Origin: Bilabrum cf. latius
Lineage: Eukaryota
Direction: 5' to 3'
NCBI GenBank assembly: GCA_965178125.1
Contig: OZ237765.1
Coordinates: 558,001-622,000 of the forward strand
Length of the DNA: 64,000 nt
Each line of letters opens with the position of its first letter. Position 1 is the stretch's first letter. The notes beneath the pieces were generated by a model, which did no database searches, was not told where the DNA came from, and saw only the letters and a program-made list of their open reading frames with translations. Made by a program: the position numbers and the translations under genes. Positions 51,301 to 64,000 of this stretch are shown here, piece by piece.

Positions 51301-54300
51301 GCACCGATCGGCGTGTCCGGCTTCGGCACAAGCAGCGAGCCGGTGCATCCTGCCCCGTTGCTCATTCGAACGCCTCCGCTTATGGTAGGCACACAAACCG
51401 GACGGCGCGCCAGCCTCCGCACGACGCTACCGTTTCAGGAGCGGCAGATTCGAAATAGTGCAGACCTTGGCTCAGCGTCAGCCGTGGAGGAGCCGATTGC
51501 AGCCGTGGGTCTCTTGCTGGCTGCTGGAAACTCTTGGAGGATGCACGCACCAGCCGGGTCGACGAAGCTAGCTGTTGAGCCGTTCGCGCTTGGCAAGCTC
51601 GAGCAGCAGGACATTTCCATTCCATACGAAGGCGGGACATCTATTCAGCTGACAGGCACCGGTGCGCTTGCACTTCTTGGGCTCGGAATGGCAGATCTTG
51701 TTCGGCAGACTGCAGAGATGAACCGATTTATTCCTTCGCTGCTAGAATCACCAGCTATGTGGCCAATGCTCCCCGAGAGCATACCTGCAGGCAGAATCGC
51801 CATCAGATCCGGCAACCTGAACAGCTCTGCAACACTGAACGATGGCGATTCCCTGGCAGTTGGGCGCACGCTCCGATCTCGCGCTGGGACAGGACCTGCA
51901 GTAGGCAGCACTGCTGAGCTGCGCATCCCGCTGGCATCCATTTCTCAGGGTGTCCCGAAAGGCCTTGTGGTTGCAGCAGCTGCGTGGAATGGAACCAGCC
52001 TGGTCGAGGGTGCGCATTCTAGCGTTGCGACTGAGAGTCCCCCGATTCTTCCCGCTGTCTCAAGAGACAGTCCCATCGCGTCGTATCTCAATGAGTACCT
52101 AGAGCCCACTCAGCCAGTCGTGTAGAGTCGGAGCAGATCGAGCTCAGAGTATGCTGCAAGTGATGTCAGTGCTTCAAGCCTGGGTATTCGGCTTGCAGAT
52201 ATCGATGGTCATGCTAGCAGCATGAAAGTTGTGCTGCAGCGCGTGGTGCGACACGTGCCTTGCCGGGCATGCGAGGCGCGGGCGGCGTTATATGCCGGCC
52301 AGATGGACCAATTTGACCTTGGCACAAAAATTGTTCCAGCGGTTCTAGATAGGGTTCAGGTCACGTGCAGATATCGAGCCATTAGGCCTTCCCCCACGCC
52401 ATCTACTACAGCCAGCGCCACGCCCACGCCATCTACTACTACCACAGCGACTGCAACGCCCACGCCATCTACCACGGCCACAGCGACTGCAACAGCCACA
52501 GCAACATCGACCCCAACGCCGTCTACTACGGCCAGCGCCACGCCCACGCCGTCAACAACAAGTACGGCGACTGCATCGGCCACGCAGACGCCGATACCAT
52601 CAACGAGTGGAACATCGGGCGCTACGCGGCGGCTTCAAAACTCATTCGATGATGTATTTCTTGATGCTACCTGTCAGTACTTGGAAGCTTGGGTCCCGCA
52701 GCCTCTAAAGGGATCGAGATCGCAATTCAACGACTACCGAAACATTCAAGACATCACGCACACGTACGCTAGCAAGGACACCCACGACACTCTGCTTAAC
52801 GCCTGCACCGTGGCGGACAACCAGCAGGACTTTTTCAACTCTGAAATGCAGTACAGCCGAAACGACCGGCGGCTCAGACTGGTGGGCGAGGCCGATTTCA
52901 GTCGGCAGTGGAAAGGAGAAAGGTACGAGGTTCAATTCGGCTAGGGATCATGTACTACGACCATCGTTCCAAACAATGAGCTGATTGTAGTGCCTAGAAC
53001 CGACGCATCGCTAGCTGGTCGCGAAGGATTCTGGAGGCGTAGCAAGCCGCGGCCACCGGAAGATCCGAAAGGACTGCCTGTTTTCGATGCCGATTGCGCG
53101 AGCCTGAATCTGAGCAGCACCAATGTCAACGAGACACGAGACATATACTGTGATCTGCACACGAGGAGTGCAGTCTGTGCCTTGTGGATCCCTGTCGCCG
53201 CTCAACTCAACTTGACCACGCCGTACGGTTCCGGAGTCGACCTTCAGATGGCTGGGATGGCCACTAGACGGGCGATGAGAACCGATGCGGCGATGATTTC
53301 GTCCAGTGACAAAGCTTTACAAGCACCGCCCGATAGACCCCTCGCTTTGCCCGAGGATTCTACAGACTAGTTTAGCGTTGCCGTGATGGATGGATCCTCC
53401 AGGCTAGGAGGACCTGCCACTGAGCTCGTGCCAGCACCGCATGACGCAGCCTTATCGAGTACACGATGCTTGTCCGACAGCCCTGGCATTCCAGGTGCAC
53501 CGTGTCCAGTCACGCACAGTATGGTTCCAGACGCTGTGCAAGCCGGTGCAGTGAGGCATTACGATTTGGTTCTCTCGCCACTCAGACAAGAGTACCGACC
53601 GTCACTGACCTTCGAGTAGCCGATCCTCTCTTGGATCAACAACCCGTCGAGTAGTGTGGATAGAGAGCGACTGGAGCCTCAAGGAGGGCAGTTTGTTGAG
53701 GCCGCTGTATCAAATCTCCCACCTGAATGGCTGCTGCAATCTCCACTGCAACAGATGCATACTGCCGCTAGCCGTGGATAGGGCTAGCTACAGCTGTATA
53801 TGCGAAACACGCTGATGCCTACGTAGGATATCGTGTCGACCGTGTATCCAGGCACGTTGTCTGCTGGACCCTGGCCCGATGCAGCCCCTATGCTCGTGTC
53901 AGGGCTACGGCAGCAGTATTGCGGGAGAGACGATTCCAAGTGTGTGTACATTCCTTCAGAGACCCTGCCGTTCGACTCAGCAGTCGCTCCAATTGCGGTG
54001 GCAATCGACGGTACGGAGAGCTTGCCGAACGAGCTTGGATACTTGCAGGTGTACGTTCTTAGCATAGTTCCTTCGATTGTGCTTCCGTCCGCCCCTGGTG
54101 TTATCCAGTATACGTTCGAGGTCATCGGTGAGGGTGTGCAGGACCCAGACATCGTGATTCGGGAAATCGTGATCGGGTCGGTGCGCTGCGCCAGCTTCGT
54201 CAGATTCCCGGAGCAAGAGAAGCGACTGGACTGCACCGCGGAAGCTGCCGCTCTTTGGACCAACGATACAGCATACTACAGGCTCGAGACGTCCGGCGGT

Positions 54301-57300
54301 GGGCTGACAGACACCCAGAAGAGAAGCTTCTTGCGGCCACAACCTCCCCCGGAGGTTCTGGCCGTAAACACTGCCATTGATGACGAGCGCCCAAGGAAGG
54401 AAGGAGTGGAGCCCAGCATCGAGGGCCGCGTGCCCACAACAGGAGGCCTGTTTGCCATCATTGCCGGCCTGGGGTTCGGTACCAAGGACCGCCAGCCGGG
54501 CGAGATAGGACCCGATCGGTAGTATGACGGTGACGTGGAGTATGTGGATTTCGGGGAAGGTGAAGACGCTGTCCGGGTGTTTCACAATCGCATGGAGTAT
54601 GCGGACGGCCGAGAAGAATACTGGGTGCCGGTGCGCGATACCAACGGAGACCTCGTTCGAAACCGGCTGTAGCCGATACAGGATCCCTCGGATGTTCCAG
54701 AAGCGCTGTCGTCTTTGAGCAAAACCGATCGCAACAATGCGGATGGACCTCTCATCGATTGGAGGTCTGGGAACAATATCGCGGTAATGATTCCTCCCGG
54801 GGTAGGATCAGCGTCACCTGTGCAAGTTGGCATGCGTACTGGCATTGCTTCACCTCCTGCCGGTACGAGCACAGTCATTTACTCTAGGCCCTAGCTTGAG
54901 CAAGCATTCCCATCGGTGGCTCTTTCTCGCGATTTTGATGTGACAATTGTGCTGAAGGGGCAGTACTTTGGGTATCGGGATGAACACATTGACTTTGTGT
55001 CAATCGGTGGGTTGCTATGCAAGAACGTTCGACAAGGCGCCGATTTTTCGGTTCTGCAGAGATTCGAAGGTTCTTCCGAAGTGCAGGCAGCCAACATATC
55101 CAACCTGGAGGGAAGGTATATCACCTGCAATGGACTTGAATCGACCTATGAGACCCTGAGCGATGATGGCAACAGCACGCGTCTTCCAGTGGGTGATGAG
55201 TGGCCCACTGGAGACGTGGTGGTGCAAGTGGCGGGCTAGCGAACAACCTCGAGCACCGTGTTGGATCTCCAAGGTGTCCCCACTGTGAATTCACTAACAC
55301 CAGTCACCGACCAATCCACAGACTTCGACACCTCTGGATATGGTCAGGCAATTCTGAGCGGAGAGGGGTTTGGGTTGGACGCTCGCGACGTTGTTGCCGT
55401 TGTATTTGGGCCGTGGTGGACGTCAAATATTGCGAGTGACAACGAACTTGATGTCTTGGAGCATTGTGTTAACCCACTGGTGCTCACAAGCGAAGGGGAG
55501 CTCCGGCCGCAGCCTAACGCGACGCCTTCAATATCGCCGGCTGCCAACGGAATCGAACAAAATGTACCAATAAGTTCCAACGCAACATATACCCGTGGAA
55601 ATGGCAGTTTTGTCAGTCCGAGGAACAGCGCGTCTCCCACACCAAGCACCTCAACGTTGGTCCGGCCGGGGAACGAAACTGGGCAAGAAGAAGCGAGCAA
55701 CGGAACCATCGGCAGGCGGGTGCTTTCAGGTAAGAATGGTACAACCGACAGCGCATCGAACTCGACTGCTGGAGCAACGTGGAACGGCACATGCCCCGAA
55801 GTGCATACGTTTGTACCAAACAGCTGTAGTGGTCCTAATGGCACTTCATCCGTGAGATCGAACTTGACAGAGTAGGCTACGAACGGAACGTCTTCTGGTG
55901 GGGAGACAAACGGCAGCACCTAGGCTAGATCTACTCCATCGAGCAGTCCTTCAAGCACCCCTACTCCGAGTAGTTCCCCAAGTCACACACCAAGCGTGAC
56001 GCCTTCAATATCACCTACCCCGTCCGTGTCTCCAAGCGGGTCTCCAAGCGGGTCTCCAAGTAGCTCAACAACTCCGTCTGTTACGCCATCAACGTCTGTG
56101 AGTCCATCGTCTACTCCTCTTGTACTTGCTAGGGACGCTTGCAGCGTACTCTGGGCAAAGACTCAGGCCAGCGATGCAGGTAGTAGCAGCGGAGACGCAG
56201 CATCTGGAAGGGTGCAGTCTGCCCCTGACAGTACCGTACAGTGGCGATCTAGATCGGAGCTGAGAGTTGACGTTCCGGCTGGTGCAAGTGCTGAGGTGGG
56301 AGTTGCAGTCGTCATGCGAACCGGCACCATCGCAATCGGAACATTCGGTTACGAGCCACCCACCATCATGACTCTCCAACCCGACAGTTTCATCTTTGGC
56401 GAGCCAAGGCCCATCCTTGTGTGCGGCGCGAGCTTCGGAGCTGGCCTGCCCATTACGCGCGACTTGACGTTTGGAGGGCGACGCTGCCTTGGCTTCTCGG
56501 ACATCAGCCTTGCAGACGCATCTGCAATGGCACTTGATCGCGGGGGCGTTATTGAAGTGGCGGATCAATATCAGCGGATGCTTCCGGTGGTATCGTGCCT
56601 GATCTGCAGCCAGCTAGAGTGGAGCAAGAATGACTTGAGTGGTCTCGTGGAGTGGACGGGTCCGGTTTCCGTTACCGTTGCAGGCTAGGCATCAGATTTC
56701 ATCATTCCTCTAGGTACTGCGCCTCGGGTAATCTCTCTTGTTCCTGATGAGTGCTCTGACACGACAGGGGGGAAGCAGTATAGTGTCATTGATGCATCAG
56801 AGCTAGGCGTGTTTGGATCCAGTCCCCAAGACATTGAGTACGTGCTGCTGTCCGGATTTGACCTTGAAAAAGCAGCGATGCTAGCAGGCTTCAACTCAAC
56901 CACTACTATCCCAGGCAAACAAGAGGGCATTGTGAATGGGTCTAGGCTCATGGAACCCGAAAGTCTCGCTGCCATGCGAATCCCTTCGTGGCAGCTGGCA
57001 GTTGCTCTGCCCGTTCTCGGGTCCTCAAGCTCGCCAGTCATTCCAATTGGAAACGTAAATGCTACGCTGTAGTCTGCCAGATGGGTGTCTAGCGTGTCAC
57101 TTGAGATTGTCCTCCCGCCGGGGGCAGGAGACACGATTCAGGTCCGGGTGTAGCTGACAGGGGGTGCAGTGAGCAAGCCACAAATCTTGTCGTACTGCCC
57201 CCCGTCCATTGACGACGATAATTCGATCGTAGTGCTTGCTGGGGACGAAGAAGCAACCTTTGTGCTCCGTGGCCGTTCGTTTCCACTCGTCCTGGAACAG

Positions 57301-60300
57301 TTGAATGACCTTCGGGTTGGTGGTGTCTAGTGCAAGAGGGTTGAGTTGGTTGAGGTTGGTCGGGCGGTGCGATGCGTTGGCTTGAAATGGATCACTGCAT
57401 CGTAGGCTCGTTCAAATGCATCAACTGGTTTGGATGGCATGGGCGTCATTGGGAGTACCTGGCCTTCCAGCGGAACCTCTATCACTGTTTTGGGGCAGGG
57501 ATCGTAGGTTTCTTTAGTTGCGATCAACCTGATGCCGCCACCTCGTGTGACAAGCGTCCAACCAACGGAAGCCGGTCCGGGAGAGACAATCACGATCACG
57601 GGGGAAGGGTTTGGTACCAGCTCTATGGATCTGCGAAATCTCACACTGGGTGGAGTCCCGTGTCAGGGGACGCCTGAGAGCTGGTACAAATCTGATTCTG
57701 AGCTAGAGTGCCTCATTCCGAGCGATCATTCCCTGTGGCAGTACGTCTCGCAGAATCCCGGAGCAGTGCAGCCATACGTTGGAATCGAGGTGGTCATGCG
57801 CACGGGCGTTTCCAATCTCGAGAGGTACGAGAACGACGGAGAGGAAATCACCATTGACCCATCAGATATGCTGTCTGACAAGACCGTCGACGGGCTCCTG
57901 CCGCCTGGCAATTTCGGTATGGATGCGCCAATATTCGCTAGGCTAATCCCCAAGGGAATCGCACAGAGCTTCCCACCGCCTGTTCCACCTCTTGCGCCAA
58001 CAGCATGGAGAGAAGTGGGCGATGATCTGCAGGTCATTGCGAGGTGGTTCTACCCCTCCGAGGATCTAGAAAGGCTTGCAGTTAACCACATCAGCGGAAC
58101 CCAAGCTCTAAACTTCTTGCCTGCCTCACGTTTCAGGGTAGAAGCAGCGCTTGAAGAGAGCAGCCTTGGTACTGCAGACGCAATTCAGCACACTGAGTCA
58201 CGGATTCTAGGTGCAGATACCCTTTAGGCGCCTTGGATACTGGAGTCATTCGATGACGATGTGCTTGGTGAACTCGTGGAAGAAGCTCAGTAGTGGAGTA
58301 TTGGGGCATTGGCTGCCAATGCGACCTCAAACGCGACTGCATCATCGATTGCTGCGAGGCTGGCGAAGCTTAATGGCGAATACAGCGATCCATCCGGCGT
58401 TCTTCATCGCGTTCTCCAAGAGAGAACAAGAGTGAAATCTGGAGGTGCTGCTGCGACTGACCTAGGGACGGTGAGTGCGTGGTACATGGTGGAGACCAGC
58501 TTCAACGTGCCATCGTCGGAGCCCTACGTGATCCGAATCAGAGCCGAGCATTTTGCTGGTGGAAATGAAGCCAAGATGAGGTCCAGTGACTGGGCCTACA
58601 TCTCGGCTCCCGTGAAGGCATCGTGCCAGTTCAACAGGTTTATGCCAGACGGGCTTGGGCTACGGTAGCAGTGCTTGCCATGCCCAGTTGGAGCGGTCTG
58701 TGGGGGTATGGGCTCCAGTAGACTCGCAGCCATGGAAGGGTATAGGAGGTTGGAATGGTCGTACGGTTAGATAGGCTTCATTCGTTGCGAGACGGAAGGA
58801 GTATGCAGGGGTGTGCCGTAGTAGCTGCAGCTAGAAGCTGAGTTGGCTGGAATGCCACCGCAGATGCAACTGCAGCCAGACATGCAGTTGCAGCTGGCAC
58901 TTGCACAGACGAATGGAAACGTCCCCGTAGCGTAGGCCCTCATCCGCCTTTGGAGATTCCATGGCCGAGTAGCGTCTATAGTTGGCACCGGCAATGACCT
59001 GATGGAGGCGTCCTTGCTCGAACTCCCGGACGAAAACAGTCTGGATAGCGGCTCTGAAGCAAGAAGGCTTCATGCGAAGCTGGCACAGGAGCTATCGGGG
59101 CGATTGCCTTTGAGGCTCCACGCGGATCACTTCTTGCAAGCTGAGCGAATCCTCCAAGGTGCAGCAGACGTGCCAGCGAATTCGGAGCTGCCGAGGTGGG
59201 CCCTCGAGCGGGTGCGATCGGTGCCTGCCCAGGACGAGAATGGAACTACCTTCGAATTCTAGCTAGCCCCTCCAGATGATGTTATGCGCCTGCTGGCGGC
59301 ATACTCGGAGAGCCAGGCACCGTCAGCGGTACAAGGGATCCAGACCCTTGCCAGCGAGGACCTTGAAGGATGCGTTGAGGGTCACACTGGCATTCTCTGC
59401 CAGAAATGCGAGCTTGGATATTTCAAGAATGCTATCGGTACGTGCGTGCTGTGCCCCTCGCAAGAGGAGACTGGTCTTTGGTCCCTTGCCCAGAGGATGG
59501 TAATCGGGGCTTCCATTCTCGTTGCGATTACAGGTATCCTGTACAATGCGTGGAGGTCGCAGAACGCAGACACGACAAGGAAAGTTGTAGTTGTGGCTGC
59601 TAAAATCATGTTTACGCACGTGTAGACAATTGGTATCATTGGTTCAGTGGACATGCAGTTTCCCACGACAATGGGGAACTTCTTTGGCGGTGCCTCCATC
59701 GGTGCTTCCGCAGCGACGAATGGCGTCGCGCTGGAGTGTAGTCTTGATGATTCATCAGATCCAGTTGGATAGACCATGCTAGCCTATGCCGTACTTCCGG
59801 GCCTGCTGATGTACGCATGCGTCATGTGGACCGTGGAAGTATACACTTCCTATCTCGTTGCATTCCTCAAGAGGCCAGAGCAGAGTGCTGGGGCCCGCTT
59901 CTGCCCTAACTGGCATCGCGTTCTGACCTGTCGGCGTACAACCGACTGGGAGAAACACGTGCAGAAGGCAAAGGAAATTACTGAGAACAGCCAGTCGGAA
60001 TCTGAGCAGCTACGGTAGTGGGACGCATACCGCCGTGAGGTAGCCTACACTCCGGGATTATCACGGCTGTCGTGGTTCGACGCCTGCTGCACGTGCTGTC
60101 TTCGGTGGTGCGGGCGCGGTAGCGACGGCTCGCAGCTCAAGTCGCGAGTTGATATGCTGGATGGAGCTAGGCAGTAGCAGTCGCATTCGGGCAACTCAAG
60201 CAACCGCGCAACTGGTGGGCCTCAACAGACAGATCCTATCCCAACGATGCGGCCAGCTAGACATGGGCGGAGCTCCTACGGTAATTCGTGGGCGAGTAGG

Positions 60301-63300
60301 AGATGGTCCAGAAGTCACAGGACAAGTGGCCCATAGGCATAGGTTAATTAGGGCAGGTTGGGAGGGCAGCAACTCAGCGAGTACGCTTCTTCGTCTGTCA
60401 CAGAGCACCGTATCTTAGTATCGGGCACACGGGGAGGTGCGAGATAGAATAACCTCACCTCTGGTCCAACTCGTTTCGGTGGAGCTAGGGCGGGTGCTCG
60501 CACAGGGCGCCGTTCTGGCGGAGCAGCTTCCTCTACCTTGGCTGCAGGTGGTGCTGCAAGGGCACTCAGGCACATGGGAGGCACGCGATCTTCAGGGGGG
60601 GCATAGCTGGTGGCACATGTTGACGGCGAATTCGTTCGGAATCCAATGCGACATCGGGCGTCCTAGCGCAGAGTTGGAGTAACGATTTCCGATGCAACGG
60701 CGCGACAGCTAGCTGTGACGGTCTAGGAAAGAGATTCTAGGCGTAAACTGGTTTCGATGGCACCTACACCTGGAATCTAGCATGCCCACCCCAATGCCTC
60801 CAGGTTCAGAGACAATGATCTAGTGCCAGCCGTTGAGCTCTACGGCAGATATCTCAATCCTGACGAGGTGGAAATCGCGCGGCAGTAGGGCCAGATAACC
60901 TCGCTGCCTTCGCTGTACGACATGCTGAAGAATTTCGCCCCTGACCAGCTAGTGAGACAGAGATAGAAACACGCCCGCGGCTAGTTTGCGTCATCAAGTT
61001 TGGTCAGGCAAGCAAGCGAGCGAGGTCCAACCGGAACTGTCGGCGGCGACGCTGCTGCGTGGCAAGACCAAAGCATCCCTCTTGTCGACTAGATTCCTCT
61101 ACACGAGGGCATCACCCACGAGACGGAGTGCTTTGATCTGTGCTCCATGTTTGGCAAACGGATGGGCCTGTCCTTTCTTGTGATTAGCTTCCTCGTGCAT
61201 ACCCCGATCACTGAAGCAGCGCTCAAGATACTGTCCTGCAGGCCTATCCAGCCCGAGTCTGGTGCATCGTTTGATGCCTTGACTGAAGCAAGGAGAGACG
61301 CGTTTGAGTCCGCAAATCTCACTGTGCCCGTTGTGAACGCTCCAGAGTCAGCTTGGCTGGCGTACAATGCGTCAGTGCAGGCAGTCGAAGAGTGGGCAAT
61401 GTACGGCGAGTCACCAGCGGCCCAGATGCAGCGCCGTCTGGTCATGGACCTGGAGTATGAGTGCGGCAAGACCATACTCAAGAGGTTGCAAATTGCATTA
61501 CCAATGCTAGGCTTCTGCTTGCTCGTTCCAGGCATAGTGTTTGCTCTAGTTAAGTTTCGATGCGGGAACATCTCTGCGGAGACTTGGGAGAACGTCGAAA
61601 AGTCCATGAGTTTCCTGTACAATGGCCTCGCAGATGACCACAAGTACTGGGAAGCTGTGAATCTGCTCCGCAAGGGGATGCAAGCCGTGGCAGTGACTCT
61701 TCTTGCCCCTATAGGGACGATGTACCAGCTCTTTTGTATGCTGTGCGTGTTACTGATCTCGCTTGGCCTGCAGGCCTGCAACTCTCCATACTAGTAGTCG
61801 CTGCGGACCGATCAGAGTGGTCTGCCTGTCATTCAGCTCGATGCGTCTGGAAGAAAGGTGAAGTTCCAAAAAATTGATGGCGCAACAGCTGGAGGCGCAG
61901 GTGCTTGGTCGAGTGAATCAAACGGCACCAACGAAGTTGATGAGAATGGAGCTGCCAGTGGATCGAGCAAACCGGATGCCAAGGATGATCAAAATGCCCC
62001 CGCGAGCGTTGCTCCTCGTCAAAGAGGGGCTCGTGCTTCAATACGAAGGTCGACAATTTTTGGTGGCCCGAGAAAATCTAGTACGACTACGGCGACGAGT
62101 AGTGGTGGTGTCGAGACTCGCAGAAGTTCCCAGTCTCTGAGGGAGTCCAAGTCTTAGCCGACACTAAAACGCCGTGCGTCTGCCGCAGCCCCCAAGAAGT
62201 CCATCACTGGGCTTGCAAAAGGAGAGGACAGTCTGCCTGAAAACGTCAAGTGGGAAGCAATGCCAGACGAAATCTACAAACGCTGGAAGCAGAGCCTGTT
62301 CCAGCACGTAGTCAGCGCAGCTCTCCGCAAGATGCCTCCGAAACCTGTTGAGCCCTCGAAATGGCTGTTCGAGACCGAAGATTAGTACATGCAACGGCGT
62401 CGGAAATTCAAGGAAGCTGCAAGCCGCTATCCAGCCGATTGCAGGCGGCGTATCAAGCAATTGAGCTAGGAAGTGCGGAGAGCCAGCTCCCATGGCATTG
62501 GCGCCAAGCGTGATCGCGCTCTGTTCGAAAAGGAGCTGCTTGAGAAGCCCTATGCTACGATTAGTGGTGGCGACTGGATCTACTGGATTGCGAAGACCCT
62601 GTGTTGGCGTTGCCACGCAGAGGTTCGCCTCTACGAGAAAGCAATGCAACGAGACGCGGTCCGACGCTGGCTGATGCACGCAAGGATGCAGAAGCGGCAG
62701 TCAATGGAGCCAGTTGAGCGGTATGACCCTCTTGAGGTGGTTCAAAAGGCCACGACAGGACCGTCATCGAGCCCGTTGCCGTCATCAAGAACGACAGCAA
62801 AGGGAGGCGCTGGCAACACAAAGTCAGGATCCCACAATGATGATGATGGTGATGGTGATGGTGAGGTGATGGAGGCTCCATCAAGGAGGGTCCGGAGGCA
62901 TACTCGGCTTTCTCTCTTTGATAACTCAGGACACAGTGACTCCTGGCGGCAGATGGTGCAGAGCGGGCGGCGTTCCATGGCCACAGACCTAGGCATGCCC
63001 GACCAACAGTCTGTCAATGCATCCGAAAGCAAGGTGGAAAGCAAGGGGGCGGGCGGCGACTCGTATTCAAGCTCGAAACCATCCGAACGGTTCATTGACG
63101 AAGCACGTACGCCGTTGGGGTTAGCAGCCTCCGTTCCTGTATGGGTTCCCGACAGTCCTGTGCAGCAAGTGCTCCCCCGAGCCAGGCGCGCGGACTCCAT
63201 CGGCTCGACAACGAGCTTTGACAGCGAGCTCGACATCGATGAGGAGAATTACCCACTATTGGCGCCGTCCATGCGCGATCTTCTGGGTGCAATTGACGAT

Positions 63301-64000
63301 GGACTCAACGTTTTTGCCGACTACGACGATGACAAGGGCGCACCCGGCGAGCGCAAAACCGAGGCGGTGAGGCAGGTACCGGCCGTCTAGTACCAGTACG
63401 ACAATCTGCTTAATCGGCTTGAGCTGCTTGCGATTGGAACTGCAGCTATCTCTCTTCTCATGGTGCTCGTGGTGGAGGTGGAAAGGCAGGTGCAGAGCTT
63501 AGAGGCCTATGGCATCGGCATCGGCATTGATACTCCAGCCACCTGGGTCATCATCATCAGCAACATAGGTCTGATCATATTTGCCATTAGCAGCTTCTGG
63601 TAGGAGTTTAGGGGCTTCGTGGCGAGTGCATTGAGTGCAGGAACACTAGCAATGGGTACCGCTGGTTCCAAGCTCGACGGACCGTGCCAGGTGTGCGGGT
63701 CAGTGCTGGGCAATGCAGCTGCAGGGTTTGCGTACATTTTCTGCTGCATCTGCATATGTTCGTCATTCTGCAAGAGCACATTGACCAAGCCACGATTCCA
63801 TGGGGCGAGCCGCCTTGGTCACGGCTATATGTCTAGCGGCCCCACCTTGACTGGGCATCCGGTGGGTCGGGGCACTATCGGCCCCTCCTTGGCTGGGCCC
63901 CCGGTGGGTCGGGGCACTGGTGGCCCTAGGTAGGCTGAGACTCCTGTGAGTTGGGGCACTGGTGGCCCCACCTTGACAGGGCGCCCGGAAGGCCGAGACA
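45331..64000 (+). CDS. Giant (>6,200 aa, 3'-partial) intronless cell-surface protein: signal peptide, FG-GAP-like repeats, Thr/Pro and Ser/Pro linkers, IPT/TIG repeats, Cys-rich region, multi-pass TM domain; roughly 65 in-frame TAG
   Basis: All + strand fragments from 45331 to the window end share one frame; I read the gaps and found only TAG, never TAA or TGA. Motifs: MNLRARAFIVVALCSALA; GDLFGASFA, LIVGAP, GSLLGASLAVLGD, FGASLAALG; PRVTSVQPTEAGPGETITITGEGFG; CLPCPVGAVC, CVEGHTGILCQKCELGYF; KIMFTHV*TI...FP, FLYNGL...YWEAVNLLRK, PY...NRLE. Confidence 0.85.
52385..52605 (+). repeat. Coding mucin-like repeats (PSTTASATPT)n
   Basis: Imperfect repeats of ACGCCATCTACTACAGCCAGCGCC...; a second Ser/Pro/Thr tract lies at ~55930-56118. 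Confidence 0.75.

Noticed and set aside
228-64000. Mass pseudogenisation or sequencing error as the cause of the internal stops
   Set aside because: Interruptions are almost exclusively TAG, in frame, on both strands and in housekeeping genes; random decay would give TAA, TGA and indels as well.
228-64000. Pyrrolysine or programmed stop-codon readthrough
   Set aside because: Eukaryotic genes with up to ~65 TAGs, including tandem pairs, and no shared downstream context; only general reassignment fits.
63835-64000. Subtelomeric repeat at the window end
   Set aside because: The ~39-bp imperfect repeats stay in the giant gene's frame (GPTLTGHPVGRGT-like) and are better read as a coding tail.

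Overview
Gene-dense, intron-poor, GC-rich eukaryotic (protist-type) nuclear DNA; the gene repertoire looks stramenopile-like, but that is inference. The key result is that the window does not use the standard genetic code. Nearly every gene is broken in the supplied ORF track by in-frame TAG codons, and the fragments re-join in one frame and end at TGA if TAG is read as sense. Several independent clues point to TAG=Gln. I found no in-frame TAA among more than 100 in-frame TAGs (manual count), so UAG and UAA appear decoupled. Re-read this way, the window holds: a secreted MACPF/bulb-lectin protein, VPS33, a kinesin with an F-box-like motif, an NPC1-like transporter lacking the N-terminal domain, a ~3,066-aa DHU1-like WD40/BTB protein, a 4.9-kb split-direct-repeat (Ngaro-like) element carrying a 123-bp satellite, a ~2,400-aa TmcB-like PAS membrane protein, a TAF1-like gene, a class 3 lipase, a degenerate PI-PLC, and an intronless >6,200-codon surface/multi-pass membrane protein that runs off the right edge.
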